NCBI GenBank assembly: GCA_945905295.1
Contig: CAMDPX010000006.1
Span: 22-64,021 of the forward strand
Direction of reading: 5' to 3'
Origin: Planctomyces sp. SH-PL62
GTDB lineage: Bacteria > Planctomycetota > Planctomycetia > Planctomycetales > Planctomycetaceae
DNA: 64,000 nt
The notes under the pieces were generated by a model, which was given only the letters and a program-made list of their open reading frames with translations, searched no databases and had not been told where the DNA came from. Shown in pieces: positions 20,101-29,622 of the stretch (the stretch's first letter is position 1; every line of letters starts with the position of its first letter). The position numbers were made by a program, and so were the translations under genes.

Positions 20101-20331
20101 CTCGTCCGGCTTTCCGATCACGATCGCTCGCGACTTGACCGCCACGTCACGATCGTCGAGACGCAGATCCGCCTTCCGTTTCTTGGCATCCGGACCATGA
20201 CAGTGAAAGCACTTGTCCGACAAGATCGGCCGCACATCGCGATTGAACTGCACTCGGTCGGCGGCCCAGCCGGTCCCTTCAGCCAGAATGCACAACACGA
20301 CGGAGAGCAATTTGTTACAAGTCGAGTTCAT
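17143..20331 (-). CDS. PSCyt1 / DUF1549 / LamG-like (concanavalin-type) / DUF1553 domain protein, secreted
   Basis: FNRDVRPILSDKCFHCHGPDA, RRLTFDLTGLPPT, CCRCHDHKYDP, SPLQALILLNG. Central segment FSVALWLQT...YELLIEEGRLKWSL...WMHVVVSSDG...MFINGRR resembles Laminin_G_3. Confidence 0.9.
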   Translation of the reverse strand: MNSTCNKLLSVVLCILAEGTGWAADRVQFNRDVRPILSDKCFHCHGPDAKKRKADLRLDDRDVAVKSRAIVIGKPDESELVRRILSTDADEHMPPSSSKLDKLTAQEIGTLRLWIEQGAEYENHWSLIPLKPGPATGIDALIQGSLAKRGLRLQPEANRTTLIRRLTFDLTGLPPTPAEVEAFLNDQAPGANERLVDRLLASEHYGERMATDWLDAARYADSYGFQVDREREMWPWRDWVVRAFNANQPFDQFITWQLAGDLLPDATDEQILATAFNRLHQQESEGGSVEEEYRVEYVADRVQTFATTFLGLTFECCRCHDHKYDPISQREYYQLFAMFQNIDEAGLYSYFTQSPPTPTLALSDVPTKQRLVVLQEKVAELERHAPKLRESRREAFDKWFVDRQVDNRGSRPVSGKALAAGPQQTPAASAVPLTKTNNASVIGELARFRFDVVDQGKLANETKSGQPATLRGENKLVSGHDGQAIEFTGDDPVDLPLGNFGRHQPFSVALWLQTPDVKDRAVVFHRSRAWTDAGSRGYELLIEEGRLKWSLIHFWPGNAVSIAATDKLPLNEWMHVVVSSDGSSRADGLKMFINGRRLARQPGVEIVKDKLTKEITGGGGDNISLGERFRDRGFKGGMIDDFRVFGRELTDLEAEAVSRDDEIREVVNRQATREKLFDYYLATADAEWAVYLAALQTARAELNKLGDGIKELMVMRELPQPKKAYVLFRGEYAQRREEVQAGTPASLSPFPEDAPRNRLGLAKWLTDRRHPLTARVTVNRVWQSLFGRGLVKTSEDFGSQGARPLYPEVLDALALDFIDSGWDLKRLVKTIVLSQTYRQRSLADAQTMADDPDNEWLARGPRFRLPAEMIRDNALAAAGLLKRQLGGPPVNPYEMSESFKPAAPTAGDGVFRRSLYTNWRRTGPPPAMVAFDAPRRAVCIAKRERTDSPLQALILLNGVQYVEAARVLGEALHRDAKGELPAMIEHGFLRCLSRRPDAREVEIVTKLYREQLDHFTQHATEAEQLLKIGQTPRDTTIPVPQAAAATVLAQALLNHDECVVKR
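19042..19084. repeat. intragenic palindrome (GGCGCTAGCCGCCGGT - 11 nt - ACCGGCGGCTAGCGCC)
   Basis: Perfect 16-nt arms inside the CDS, translated as ...GKALAAGPQQTPAASAV... The GCGCTAGC core also occurs at 54986..55057. Confidence 0.85.
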
Positions 20332-20479
20332 GCGAGTCTTCCTGAGGTGGCTCGACTCCGCGCGTCGAACGTGAAAATCGAGTCGGGACGATTAAGCACC
20401 GTTTGGTTGGGGTCTTGGCGATTTCACGCATGTTTTCTTAGATTGGCTGTCGGAACAAGGAACGCCAAGAAATCCGGCA

Positions 20480-20577
20480 GGGGTCAGGCACCGCAAAATT
20501 AAAAATTGGCGGAACCAAGCGTTGGAAGTACTCAGGACGTAGCTCCGCCAATTTTGAATTTTGCGGTGCCTGACCCC
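20480..20577. repeat. REP-like palindromic element, GGGGTCAGG family
   Basis: GGGGTCAGGCACCGCAAAATTAAAAATTGGCGGA ... TCCGCCAATTTTGAATTTTGCGGTGCCTGACCCC, in a divergent intergenic region. Confidence 0.9.
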
Positions 20578-20648
20578 GGACCTCCTGAGGCTTCGATGAC
20601 TCATCGGAGTCGCTGCTGAAAACCGAGAACGATTTGGAAGACAGGGCC

Positions 20649-23600
20649 ATGAAACGATCCTCGCTGGTGGTATTCACTCTGTGGTTTGCGGCCTGTGCGT
20701 CGGCGCGCGCGGAGGAGATTTCGTTCAACCGGGATGTTCGGCCGATCTTGTCGGCGAATTGTTTCGCGTGTCATGGCTTGGATGCCAAGCAACGGAAGGC
20801 GGACTTGCGGCTGGATGTGGCGGACGGCGCATTGGCGGAACGGGACGGCCATGTGGCGATCAAGCCGGGCGACCTTGCCAAGAGCGAAGTCTGGCGGCGA
20901 TTGATCTCAGAGGATGCCGATGTCGTGATGCCTCCGCCGTCCACGAAGAAGAAACTCACGGCCGAGCAAAAGGCGACGATTCGGAAATGGATCGAGCAAG
21001 GTGCTCCGTATCAGAAGCACTGGGCGTTCGAGACACCGACGAAGACCGCCGATCCGCCGGTGCAGAACGGAGCATGGGCGAAGAACAGCATTGATCGCTT
21101 CGTGCTCGCGCGATTGGACAAGGAAGGGCTGGCACCGCGGCCGGAGGCGAGTCGTGCGACGCTGATCCGCCGCGTGGCCTTCGCGGTGACGGGGTTGCCG
21201 CCGACGCCGAAAGAGGTCGCGGAGTTTGAAGGGGACTCGTCGCCGCAGGCTTACGAGAAGATGGTCGATCGGTATCTCCAGTCACCGCGATACGGCGAGG
21301 AGATGGGCCGGCATTGGCTGGACGTCGCGCGGTATGCCGACACGCACGGATTGCATCTCGACAATGAACGCTCCATGTGGGCGTATCGCGATTGGGTCAT
21401 CAAGGCGTTCAATGCCAATCAGCCGTTCGACAAGTTCACCGTCGAACAACTCGCGGGGGACTTGCTGCCGAACCCGACTCAGGACCAGCTCATCGCGACG
21501 GGATTCAATCGCTGCAACGTGACCACCAGCGAAGGGGGAGCGATCGAAGCCGAGTGGCTCTACCGGTACGCCGTGGATCGAACCAGCACGACGGTGCAAA
21601 CCTGGATGGGGCTGACCGGCGGATGTGCCGTCTGTCATGACCACAAGTACGACCCGCTGTCGGCGCGTGAGTTCTATTCGCTGTATGCGTTCTTCTACTC
21701 AGCCGCCGATCCCGGCATGGATCGCAACACCAACACGACCGATCCGTTCTTCAAGCTCTCGACCGCGGAACAAAAAGCCGCGCTGACGAAGTTGCAGGCC
21801 GATGAGACTGTCGCCAAGCAGCAGCTTGAAGCGATCGCCGCGCGCGTCGCTTACGCGGACCCGGCCGATGCTCAACCGCCACCAGCCAAGCAACCGGTCA
21901 GGGATGTCTGGCTTGATGACGTGTTTCCGAATGGCTCAAAGGTGACTTGTTCTTCGCGAAACAATTCCGTGTGGGCCACGGCTCCCGAAGTCGATCCGCC
22001 GCTGGGCCGTCGAGCCCTCAAACAATTCGGAGCCTCGAACTATCACGACAAGTTCGAGAACTCGTTGCAGCCGTTTGTGATTCCGGAGAATCCGAAACTC
22101 TTCGTGTGGGTCCGTCTCGACGAATATGAACCGTCGCAAACCCTGTCGCTGGAATTGATCACCAGCCGAGGTAACCGCCGTTTCCTCTGGGGGAATCCGA
22201 AGAATTACGGAGCGGCCACCACCGACAAGAGTTGGCTCGGAGAAGCACCGCCATCGAATCAGTGGGTTGAACTCGTCGTTGCCGCCGACAAATTGGACCT
22301 GCAACCAGGAGACACCGTCCGCAGCGTGTCTCTCGCACAATTCGGCGGCGTGGCGTGGTGGGACGGCTTAATCATCACGGGTGACACATATCCCGCGACG
22401 GACCTGCGCTCGTCATTCACCGCCTGGTGGAAAGACCGAGCCGGCAAAGAGACACCCGGCATTCCCGGCGAATTGGCCGCGTTTCTCAAAGCCGGCCCGA
22501 CACTAACCCGAAGCGCAAGCGAGGAGAAGCCCGAAGACAAGAAGTCCAACGAGCTCAAAGACAAGTTGCGACAGTTCTATTTGGCGTTCGTCGCTCGCGC
22601 GAGTGACGCGGAACTTCAGCAGCATCAGCAAGCGTGGCTCGCGGCGAACTCGGCCAAGACGTTGCTGGAAGAAGCGATTCCCGGCACGTTCATTTTCAAA
22701 GACCTCGACAAACCGCGCGAAGCGTTCGTGATGCTGCGCGGCCAGTACGACAAGCCGGGCGAGAAGGTGGAGCCGAACGTCCCCGCCGTGTTTCCACCGT
22801 TGAAGAAGCCGACGACAGAGTCTCGATCGACGCGGCTCGATCTCGCGAATTGGCTGCTGGCTCCCGATCACCCGCTGACCGCTCGCGTCACGGTGAATCG
22901 CTTCTGGCAACAACTCTTCGGCACGGGACTGGTGAAGACCAGTTACGATTTCGGCTCGCAAGGGGAACCGCCGAGCCATCCCGAACTGCTCGACTGGCTG
23001 GCGATTTGGTATCGCGAGAACGGTTGGGACACGAAGGCTCTGGTCCGGCTGCTGGTCACCTCTGCGACGTTCCGCCAAGACACGCGAGTCGCTGCTGACC
23101 TGCTGCGGCTTGATCCAGAGAACCGGCTCTACGCACGCGGCCCACGCTTTCGGCTCGATGCGGAGCAGATTCGCGACAACGTGCTTTACGTCAGCGGTCT
23201 CATCAATCTGGAAATGGGGGGCCGCGGCGTGAAGAGTTATCAGCCGCCCAATCTTTGGGAACCGGTCGGATACTCGGACAGCAACACGCGGTTCTATCTG
23301 CAAGATCATGGCCCGGCGATTTACCGGCGCAGCATCTATGCGTTCCTCAAACGAACCGCTCCGCCACCGTTCATGAGCAACTTCGACGGCCCGAACCGCG
23401 AACAGTTTTGCACGCTCCGCGAACGGAGCAACACGCCTCTGCAAGCGCTGCAACTGCTGAACGACACACAACACTTCGAATCGGCCCGCGCGTTCGGCGA
23501 ACGCATTCTCTCAGAAGGTGGCGAGACGGCGGATGAGCGGATCACGTTCGCCTATCGAGCAACGTTGTCCCGCTCACCGAAGCCCGAAGAACTGGCCGTT

Positions 23601-23780
23601 GTGAGACGCGCGTTGGACCAATACCTACAGCGTTATCGAGACGACTCGGCTGCCGCCAAACAAGTTATCTCGGTCGGCGAATCCAAGCGCAAGACAAACC
23701 ATCCCGACACCGAACTGGCGGCCTACACGTTGATCGCGAATCTGATTCTGAACCTCGATGAAACCGTGATGCGAAATTGA
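20649..23780 (+). CDS. PSCyt1 / DUF1549 / DUF1553 domain protein, secreted
   Basis: Start at the ATG at 20649 (MKRSSLVVFTLWFAACASARA). FNRDVRPILSANCFACHGLDA, RRVAFAVTGLPPT, CAVCHDHKYDP, NTPLQALQLLND. Confidence 0.9.
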   Translation: MKRSSLVVFTLWFAACASARAEEISFNRDVRPILSANCFACHGLDAKQRKADLRLDVADGALAERDGHVAIKPGDLAKSEVWRRLISEDADVVMPPPSTKKKLTAEQKATIRKWIEQGAPYQKHWAFETPTKTADPPVQNGAWAKNSIDRFVLARLDKEGLAPRPEASRATLIRRVAFAVTGLPPTPKEVAEFEGDSSPQAYEKMVDRYLQSPRYGEEMGRHWLDVARYADTHGLHLDNERSMWAYRDWVIKAFNANQPFDKFTVEQLAGDLLPNPTQDQLIATGFNRCNVTTSEGGAIEAEWLYRYAVDRTSTTVQTWMGLTGGCAVCHDHKYDPLSAREFYSLYAFFYSAADPGMDRNTNTTDPFFKLSTAEQKAALTKLQADETVAKQQLEAIAARVAYADPADAQPPPAKQPVRDVWLDDVFPNGSKVTCSSRNNSVWATAPEVDPPLGRRALKQFGASNYHDKFENSLQPFVIPENPKLFVWVRLDEYEPSQTLSLELITSRGNRRFLWGNPKNYGAATTDKSWLGEAPPSNQWVELVVAADKLDLQPGDTVRSVSLAQFGGVAWWDGLIITGDTYPATDLRSSFTAWWKDRAGKETPGIPGELAAFLKAGPTLTRSASEEKPEDKKSNELKDKLRQFYLAFVARASDAELQQHQQAWLAANSAKTLLEEAIPGTFIFKDLDKPREAFVMLRGQYDKPGEKVEPNVPAVFPPLKKPTTESRSTRLDLANWLLAPDHPLTARVTVNRFWQQLFGTGLVKTSYDFGSQGEPPSHPELLDWLAIWYRENGWDTKALVRLLVTSATFRQDTRVAADLLRLDPENRLYARGPRFRLDAEQIRDNVLYVSGLINLEMGGRGVKSYQPPNLWEPVGYSDSNTRFYLQDHGPAIYRRSIYAFLKRTAPPPFMSNFDGPNREQFCTLRERSNTPLQALQLLNDTQHFESARAFGERILSEGGETADERITFAYRATLSRSPKPEELAVVRRALDQYLQRYRDDSAAAKQVISVGESKRKTNHPDTELAAYTLIANLILNLDETVMRN

Positions 23781-23794
23781 TTGGAACTTGGACA

Positions 23795-23864
23795 GGCGAG
23801 CCGGAGGGCGTAAGCCCCTGGACGGTCTCTTCGATGTCCGGGGGCTTACGCCCTCCGGCTCGCC
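23795..23864. repeat. REP-like palindromic element, family E (GGCGAGCCGGAGGGCGTAAGCCCC ... GGGGCTTACGCCCTCCGGCTCGCC)
   Basis: Perfect 24-nt arms. Relatives lie at 43315..43392 and 46678..46755. Confidence 0.9.
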
Positions 23865-23882
23865 AAGTATCGGAGCTTAGAC

Positions 23883-25349
23883 ATGCACCCTTTTCTGGAA
23901 TCTCAGCGACATCAAACGCGACGCCAGTTCTTTGGATCGACCGGTCTGCGGCTTGGCGGAACAGCACTCGCCGGGATGCTGGCCAACGCCGCGACTCGCA
24001 CGGCCAACGCGGCTCCGCAGATGCTGCCGCCGTTGCCGGGACTGCCGCACTTCGCTCCGAAGGCGAAGGCGATCATCTATCTCCACATGAATGGTGGTCC
24101 TTCGCAAATCGACTTGTGGGATCATAAGCCGGTCTTGAAGGAGCATTTCGACAAAGACCTGCCCGACAGCATTCGCAAGGGACAGCGGATCACGACGATG
24201 ACCAGCGGGCAGTCGCGTCTGCCAGTCGCTCCGTCGAAGTTCAAGTTTGCTCAGCAGGGCCAGTGCGGGACGTGGGTCAGTGAGCTGTTGCCGTTTACGG
24301 CGAAGCACGTCGATGACATCGCCGTGATCAAGTCCGTGCATACCAATGCGATCAATCACGACCCCGCTTGCACGTTCGTGATGACGGGCAGCGAAGTCCC
24401 CGGCAAAGCGAGCCTCGGTTCGTGGCTGGCCTATGGCTTGGGGAGCGAAAGCAACGATCTGCCCGCCTTCGTGGTGCTGACGCCGATCTGGTCTTCGGGG
24501 GCGGCGGCGCAAGCCCTGTTCACGCGGATGTGGAGCAGCGGCTTTCTGCCATCGAGCTACAACGGTGTCGCGCTGCGGAGTGTCGGCGATCCGGTGCTCT
24601 ATGTGCAGAACCCGCCGGGGGTCGCAGCCCGCGATCGCCGAGTGATGCTCGACGCGCTGTCGCAACTGAATCAACGCCGCTTCGAAGAACTGGGCGATCC
24701 CGAAATCCAAACGCGAATCGCTCAATACGAGATGGCCTTCCGCATGCAATCGAGTGTTCCGGACCTCACCAACCTGGCGACCGAATCGAAAGAGACGCTC
24801 GACATGTACGGCCCCGAAGTCCACAAGCCGGGGACGTTCGCCGCGAGCGCCTTGCTGGCGCGGCGCATGATCGAGCGTGGCGTGCGAGCCGTGCAGATCC
24901 TGCATCGCGGTTGGGATCAGCACGGCAATCTGCCGCGCGACATCACTTCGCAATGCTACGACACCGACCAACCGATCGGTGCGCTGCTGACGGATCTCAA
25001 GCAACGCGGTTTGCTCGACAGCACGCTGGTGGTGTGGGGCGGCGAGTTCGGTCGGACGGTGTACTCACAAGGAACGCTGACCAAAGAGAACTACGGCCGC
25101 GATCATCACCCGCGCAACTTCTGCATGTGGCTGGCCGGCGGCGGCATCAAAGGGGGCATGACTTTCGGTGAGACCGACGACTTCAGCTACAACGTTGTCG
25201 CGAACCCGTGCCACATCAACGACCTCAACGCCACAATGCTGCACTGCCTGGGTATCGACCACGAACGCTTCTCGTTCAAGTTCCAAGGACTCGACCAACG
25301 CCTCACCGGAGTGGAACCGCAACAAGTCATTCAAGACATCCTGGCGTAG
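23883..25349 (+). CDS. DUF1501 domain protein
   Basis: [43 protein letters not shown]. Confidence 0.9.
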   Translation: MHPFLESQRHQTRRQFFGSTGLRLGGTALAGMLANAATRTANAAPQMLPPLPGLPHFAPKAKAIIYLHMNGGPSQIDLWDHKPVLKEHFDKDLPDSIRKGQRITTMTSGQSRLPVAPSKFKFAQQGQCGTWVSELLPFTAKHVDDIAVIKSVHTNAINHDPACTFVMTGSEVPGKASLGSWLAYGLGSESNDLPAFVVLTPIWSSGAAAQALFTRMWSSGFLPSSYNGVALRSVGDPVLYVQNPPGVAARDRRVMLDALSQLNQRRFEELGDPEIQTRIAQYEMAFRMQSSVPDLTNLATESKETLDMYGPEVHKPGTFAASALLARRMIERGVRAVQILHRGWDQHGNLPRDITSQCYDTDQPIGALLTDLKQRGLLDSTLVVWGGEFGRTVYSQGTLTKENYGRDHHPRNFCMWLAGGGIKGGMTFGETDDFSYNVVANPCHINDLNATMLHCLGIDHERFSFKFQGLDQRLTGVEPQQVIQDILA

Positions 25350-25516
25350 ACACACTCGCTGGCGGTTCTGAAACAAGAAAAGGCCAAAGCGGCCACATGA
25401 CGACGCTTCACCGGTTTGACGAGCACTTGTCTCCAGCGGCGAGTTGCAATGTGCTGGTGGAATCATAATTGTGCCCCAGCCGATTGACGGCGATAAATCT
25501 GTCGAGGAGACCTTCC

Positions 25517-26752
25517 ATGAATTTGCCGCGGACTTGTTGCCAGGTTTTGGCACTGTTGATTGTTCTCGCCGTGACGGATTGCTTCGCCGAGGACGCCAAC
25601 GTGCGCAGAATTCATGCTCAGCCGAGCTTTGTCGTTTCGACGAAGCAGGTGGAGTTGGCAGTCACCGAATTGGGCGGGCATATGGCTCCGGTGTCGTTCT
25701 TCTGTGATTCCGACAAGCCGGTGCGGCCTTACTACGTCAGCCCGTGGCAGGACGAGAAGCCGTTGGCCATGCCGGCTCCAGTGCTGGTGCCGTTGCGCGG
25801 TGACTTCTTCTGTATGCCGTTCGGAGGAAACTCGGACGAGGTCGCCGGTGAAAAACATCCGCCGCATGGCGAGATCGTCGGCGCGAAATGGAAACACATC
25901 GGTACGAAGAAATCGGGGGACGTGACCACGCTGACGATGTCGATCGACACACAGGTGCGTCGTGGCCGAGTCACCAAGGAACTCTCGTTGATCGAGGCTC
26001 AGAACGTGATCTACTCGCGGCACACGATTGACGGCTTTGCCGGTCGCGTGCCGCTCGGACATCACGCGACACTCGCGATGCCCGACAAAGAGGGAACCGT
26101 GCGGCTCGCGGCCAGTCCGTTTCGATTCGGCATGACATATCCCGGCACGTTCAGCGATCCGAAACAGCGGGAGTATCAATCGCTGCTGCCGGGTGCGAAG
26201 TGGACGACGCTGACCAAAGTTTCGCTCGCTTGGAAAGGGGAGCCGGATGCGGATCTCACCAAGTTGCCGGCTCGGCAGGGGTATGCCGATTTGATTCAGC
26301 TCGTGAATGAACCGTGGGAGAAAACAAACGGCCCCGCTTGGATGACCGCGACGTTTACCGAATCCGGATACCTCTGGTTCTCTCTGAAAGATCCGGCCGT
26401 ATTGAGCAGCACGGTCTTCTGGATCGAGAACCACGGCCGCCACGGACATCCCTGGAACGGCCGCAACAATTGCCTCGGGCTCGAAGATGTCACGGCTCAC
26501 TTTGCCGACGGGTTGGCGGCCTCCACTCGCGAGAACATTCTGAGCAAAGAGGGAATCGCCACGTCGATCGAACTGAAGGGGTCGCAGCCGACGACGGTGA
26601 ATTACATCCAAGGGGCGGTCAAAATTCCCGACGGGTTCGAGATGGTCAAGACGCTCGAATTCGCACCGGGACAAGTCACGTTCGTATCAGCAACCGGCCA
26701 GCGTGTGACCGCGCCCGTACGACACGAGTTTTTGAAAACCGGAAAGCTGTAG
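25517..26752 (+). CDS. secreted hypothetical protein
   Basis: ORF trimmed to the ATG at 25517 (MNLPRTCCQVLALLIVLAVTDCFA). Coding-like composition with no motif I can name confidently. Lies just upstream of the sugar ABC transporter genes. Confidence 0.55.
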   Translation: MNLPRTCCQVLALLIVLAVTDCFAEDANVRRIHAQPSFVVSTKQVELAVTELGGHMAPVSFFCDSDKPVRPYYVSPWQDEKPLAMPAPVLVPLRGDFFCMPFGGNSDEVAGEKHPPHGEIVGAKWKHIGTKKSGDVTTLTMSIDTQVRRGRVTKELSLIEAQNVIYSRHTIDGFAGRVPLGHHATLAMPDKEGTVRLAASPFRFGMTYPGTFSDPKQREYQSLLPGAKWTTLTKVSLAWKGEPDADLTKLPARQGYADLIQLVNEPWEKTNGPAWMTATFTESGYLWFSLKDPAVLSSTVFWIENHGRHGHPWNGRNNCLGLEDVTAHFADGLAASTRENILSKEGIATSIELKGSQPTTVNYIQGAVKIPDGFEMVKTLEFAPGQVTFVSATGQRVTAPVRHEFLKTGKL

Positions 26753-26762
26753 TCCCAAGTCA

Positions 26763-26860
26763 GGGGTCGGGTGTTCGGTTTTTCGGAATTGGCGGGATGA
26801 AGTCTCACTTGCAACCCAAGCGTCGTCCCGCCAATTCCGAAAAACCGAACACCCGACCCC
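26763..26860. repeat. REP-like palindromic element, GGGGTCGGG family
   Basis: GGGGTCGGGTGTTCGGTTTTTCGGAATTGGCGGGA ... TCCCGCCAATTCCGAAAAACCGAACACCCGACCCC. Confidence 0.9.
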
Positions 26861-26888
26861 GGATCCGAAACCTCAAACGAGAACAACC

Positions 26889-27881
26889 ATGAAAAACACG
26901 CTTTGGTTTCTGCTCGCGAGCACATTGCTCTGCTCACTCGGTTGCGGCAAGTCGGATGAAGCTGCGAAACCGTCAGGCGCACAACCGCCCGCGGTCACTC
27001 CCACGACATCCAAGGGAACGATCGGCGTCTCTCTGCTGACGCTCGATAATCCGTTCTTCAAAGTCATCGGCGACAGCATCACCGCCGAGGGAAAAAAGCT
27101 CGGCTACGAAACAATCGTGGTCAGCGGCGATAAGGACGTCGCCAAGCAGAGCAATCAGATCAAGGACTTCATCGTCAAGAAGGTGAGCGCGATCGTGCTC
27201 AGTCCGTGCGATTCGAAGTCGATCATCCCCGTCATTCAAGAGGCGAACGCAGCGGGGATTCCGGTCTTCACCGTCGATATCCCCTGCAACGAACCGGGCG
27301 TGAAGATCGCCACGCAAGTCGCGACCGACAACTACGGCGGCGGCAAAGAGGCGGGACACGCGATGATCGAGGCGCTCGGCGAAGCGGGAGGCAAGGTCGC
27401 CATCTTGCACTTCAAGCAGGCGGAATCCTGTCTGCTCCGCGTGAAGGGTTTTCGCGAGGTCATCGACGAACACAACAAGTCGGCCGCCTCGAAGATTGAT
27501 CTCGTGACCGAACTCGAAAGCGGCGGAGCGAAGGACATGGGCTACAAGGCCGCCGAAGATTCGCTGCAAGCTCACGCCGATCTGCGAGGCATCTTCGCGA
27601 TCAACGATCCCGCCGCGCTGGGCGCGCGAGCCGCGTTGGAGAAGGCCGGCAAAGCGGATCAAGTCTTGATCGTCGGCTTTGACGGTCAGCCGGAAGGGAA
27701 ACAAGCCATCAAGGATGGAAAGATCTACGCGGACCCGATTCAGTTTCCCGACAAGATGGGAGTCGAAATCGTCGCCGCGATCGTGAAGCACTCGAAGGGA
27801 GAGGAACTTCCGCCGCAGATGCTGATCCCGACCAGCCTGTATCGCAAAGCGGACGCCGAGGCTGATCCCGAACTCAAGTAG
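26889..27881 (+). CDS. sugar ABC transporter substrate-binding lipoprotein (ribose/fructose-binding type I PBP)
   Basis: Lipobox LLCSLGCG. IGVSLLTLDNPFFKVIGDSI...VSAIVLSPCDS...GIPVFTVD is typical of RbsB/FrcB-like proteins. Confidence 0.85.
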   Translation: MKNTLWFLLASTLLCSLGCGKSDEAAKPSGAQPPAVTPTTSKGTIGVSLLTLDNPFFKVIGDSITAEGKKLGYETIVVSGDKDVAKQSNQIKDFIVKKVSAIVLSPCDSKSIIPVIQEANAAGIPVFTVDIPCNEPGVKIATQVATDNYGGGKEAGHAMIEALGEAGGKVAILHFKQAESCLLRVKGFREVIDEHNKSAASKIDLVTELESGGAKDMGYKAAEDSLQAHADLRGIFAINDPAALGARAALEKAGKADQVLIVGFDGQPEGKQAIKDGKIYADPIQFPDKMGVEIVAAIVKHSKGEELPPQMLIPTSLYRKADAEADPELK

Positions 27882-27895
27882 TCAGTCGCCTAATA

Positions 27896-28017
27896 AACTT
27901 CAGATTGATATTCGCGCGGCACTTATGTCCTTTTGGTCGCTTTTGTCCCTTGGAATGGACGAAAAGGACCGAAGCGACCAAAGGCATCGCGCGATTATCA
28001 ACCTGAAGAACAATCAG
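27896..28017. repeat. long imperfect palindromic element (TTTTGGTCGCTT / GTCCTTTTCGTCC family)
   Basis: Outer arms CTTCAGATTGATATTCGCGCG / CGCGCGATTATCAACCTGAAG. Inner motifs are shared with 31137..31196. Confidence 0.75.
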
Positions 28018-28036
28018 CGAGTCCCCGATTTCAGAA

Positions 28037-28900
28037 ATGGCCCTCATGAGAGATCCACACAACTTCTTGCATGAATTAGTCGGCTCGATGTCGCAGGGAG
28101 CGGCGGGGAATCCGACGGTGGCGATGATCGAAGCGGCGTTTGCTCATCACGGTTTGCACTGGCGGTATATCAACATGGAGGTGACTCCCGAAGATTTGGG
28201 CGCGGCCGTGCGAGGTGCTCGCGCGCTGGGCTTTCGCGGGTTCAATTGCAGTCTGCCGCACAAGGTAGCGGTCATTTCGCACCTCGACGGACTCGGCGAA
28301 TCGGCCGCGGTGATGGGAGCCGTCAACTGTGTTGTCCGTCGTGGCGACAAACTGATTGGCGAGAACACTGATGGAAAAGGATTTCTGAAATCGCTGACGT
28401 CGGCCACCGACCCTCGCGGCAAATCGGTGGTGATGTTTGGAGCCGGCGGAGCCGCGCGAGCGATTGCTGTCGAGCTGGGACTGGCCGGCATCCGGCAGCT
28501 CACCGTGGTGAACCGATCCGAATCGCGCGGTGCTGAATTGGTCGATCTGCTGCGCAGCAAGCTGAAGCTCAACGCTGAGCTGGTCGTGTGGAGCGGAGAC
28601 TATTCAATTCCCGCTGGGACCGACGTGGTGATCAACGCGACATCGATCGGACTCTACGACGCAGAGGCTCGTCTGAATCTCGATGTCAACACGCTGAAGC
28701 CGGGAATGGTGGTCGCGGACGTGATCGGCAATCCGCCGCGCACGCGGTTGATCCGCGACGCGGCCGAGCGTGGCTGCACGGCGCTCGACGGATTGGGAAT
28801 GCTGGTCAACCAAGGGATCGTCGGCGTGCAGTATTGGACCGGCATCGAACCGGACGCGGCGGTGATGCGGCGAGGTTTGGAACAGGCGCTGGGTATTTGA
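28037..28900 (+). CDS. aroE: shikimate dehydrogenase family protein
   Basis: FNCSLPHKVAV, GENTDGKGF, VMFGAGGAARAIAVEL (Rossmann), and C-terminal GLGMLVNQG. Exact start uncertain. Confidence 0.8.
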   Translation: MALMRDPHNFLHELVGSMSQGAAGNPTVAMIEAAFAHHGLHWRYINMEVTPEDLGAAVRGARALGFRGFNCSLPHKVAVISHLDGLGESAAVMGAVNCVVRRGDKLIGENTDGKGFLKSLTSATDPRGKSVVMFGAGGAARAIAVELGLAGIRQLTVVNRSESRGAELVDLLRSKLKLNAELVVWSGDYSIPAGTDVVINATSIGLYDAEARLNLDVNTLKPGMVVADVIGNPPRTRLIRDAAERGCTALDGLGMLVNQGIVGVQYWTGIEPDAAVMRRGLEQALGI

Positions 28901-28916
28901 GTCGCAGTGGCATCGG

Positions 28917-29240
28917 CTACCGCAAGTCGCGTCGCTTCAGCGGTGCCTGACCGGGGCCACGGATCGCCAGAACTCGGACGTCTGACTCGACGATCGTAAA
29001 CACCATCCGGTACATGCGGCCGCGTGGAGTCTTGAAGAGCGTTTGTCGAATCTCGCGCTTCACGAGCGAATTCTCCGGTGCCAGTGCGCAGCCGTCTGCA
29101 TTTCGTTCCAACTGGTCGAGAGCCTTGTCGAACGCATCCAACCAACGATCCGCTCCCGAAGGAGACCGGTCGTTGAGCCAACGAGCAATCGCTTTGAATT
29201 GCCGATGCGCTCCTGGTTCCAGGATGACTCGAAAACTCAT
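28917..29240 (-). CDS. type II toxin, RelE/ParE superfamily
   Basis: 107 aa. MSFRVILEPGAHRQFKAIARWL...RMYRMVFTIVESDVRVLAIRGPGQ is ParE-like. The upstream gene overlaps it by 4 nt. Confidence 0.75.
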   Translation of the reverse strand: MSFRVILEPGAHRQFKAIARWLNDRSPSGADRWLDAFDKALDQLERNADGCALAPENSLVKREIRQTLFKTPRGRMYRMVFTIVESDVRVLAIRGPGQAPLKRRDLR

Positions 29241-29494
29241 GACTTCGCTCGTGAGCCAAGAGATTGCCGCATTTCAGCGCTCGCGTCGCGGGCCAGAATG
29301 CCCGTCTCCGGACGTATCTCGTCCAGTGTCTGCTGAATTTCCGCGGCACTCGCTTCCAATTCGCCCGGCAGCGGGTGACTCGCACGCCACTGATCCAACA
29401 CCTCTTCGGGAGTCAAATCCTCCGCATCGCCATCCACCTGCTGACTGAGGAATTCCCGGAACTGACGTAGATCGGCTTGAATGGCTGGCTGCAT
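29237..29494 (-). CDS. putative cognate antitoxin
   Basis: 85-aa acidic protein whose stop overlaps the toxin start (29237..29240). The call rests on position and size, not homology. Confidence 0.55.
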   Translation of the reverse strand: MQPAIQADLRQFREFLSQQVDGDAEDLTPEEVLDQWRASHPLPGELEASAAEIQQTLDEIRPETGILARDASAEMRQSLGSRAKS

Positions 29495-29622
29495 GTCATG
29501 TCTCCGTTGGTGTCGCGGCAGGCGAAGTTAATCGGACGTGGGTGAATAATCCACATTTCTCGAATAGCATCGTCCATCGAGATGATTTCCGATGGCCTCT
29601 GTTGGCGAGACGAGAACCAACG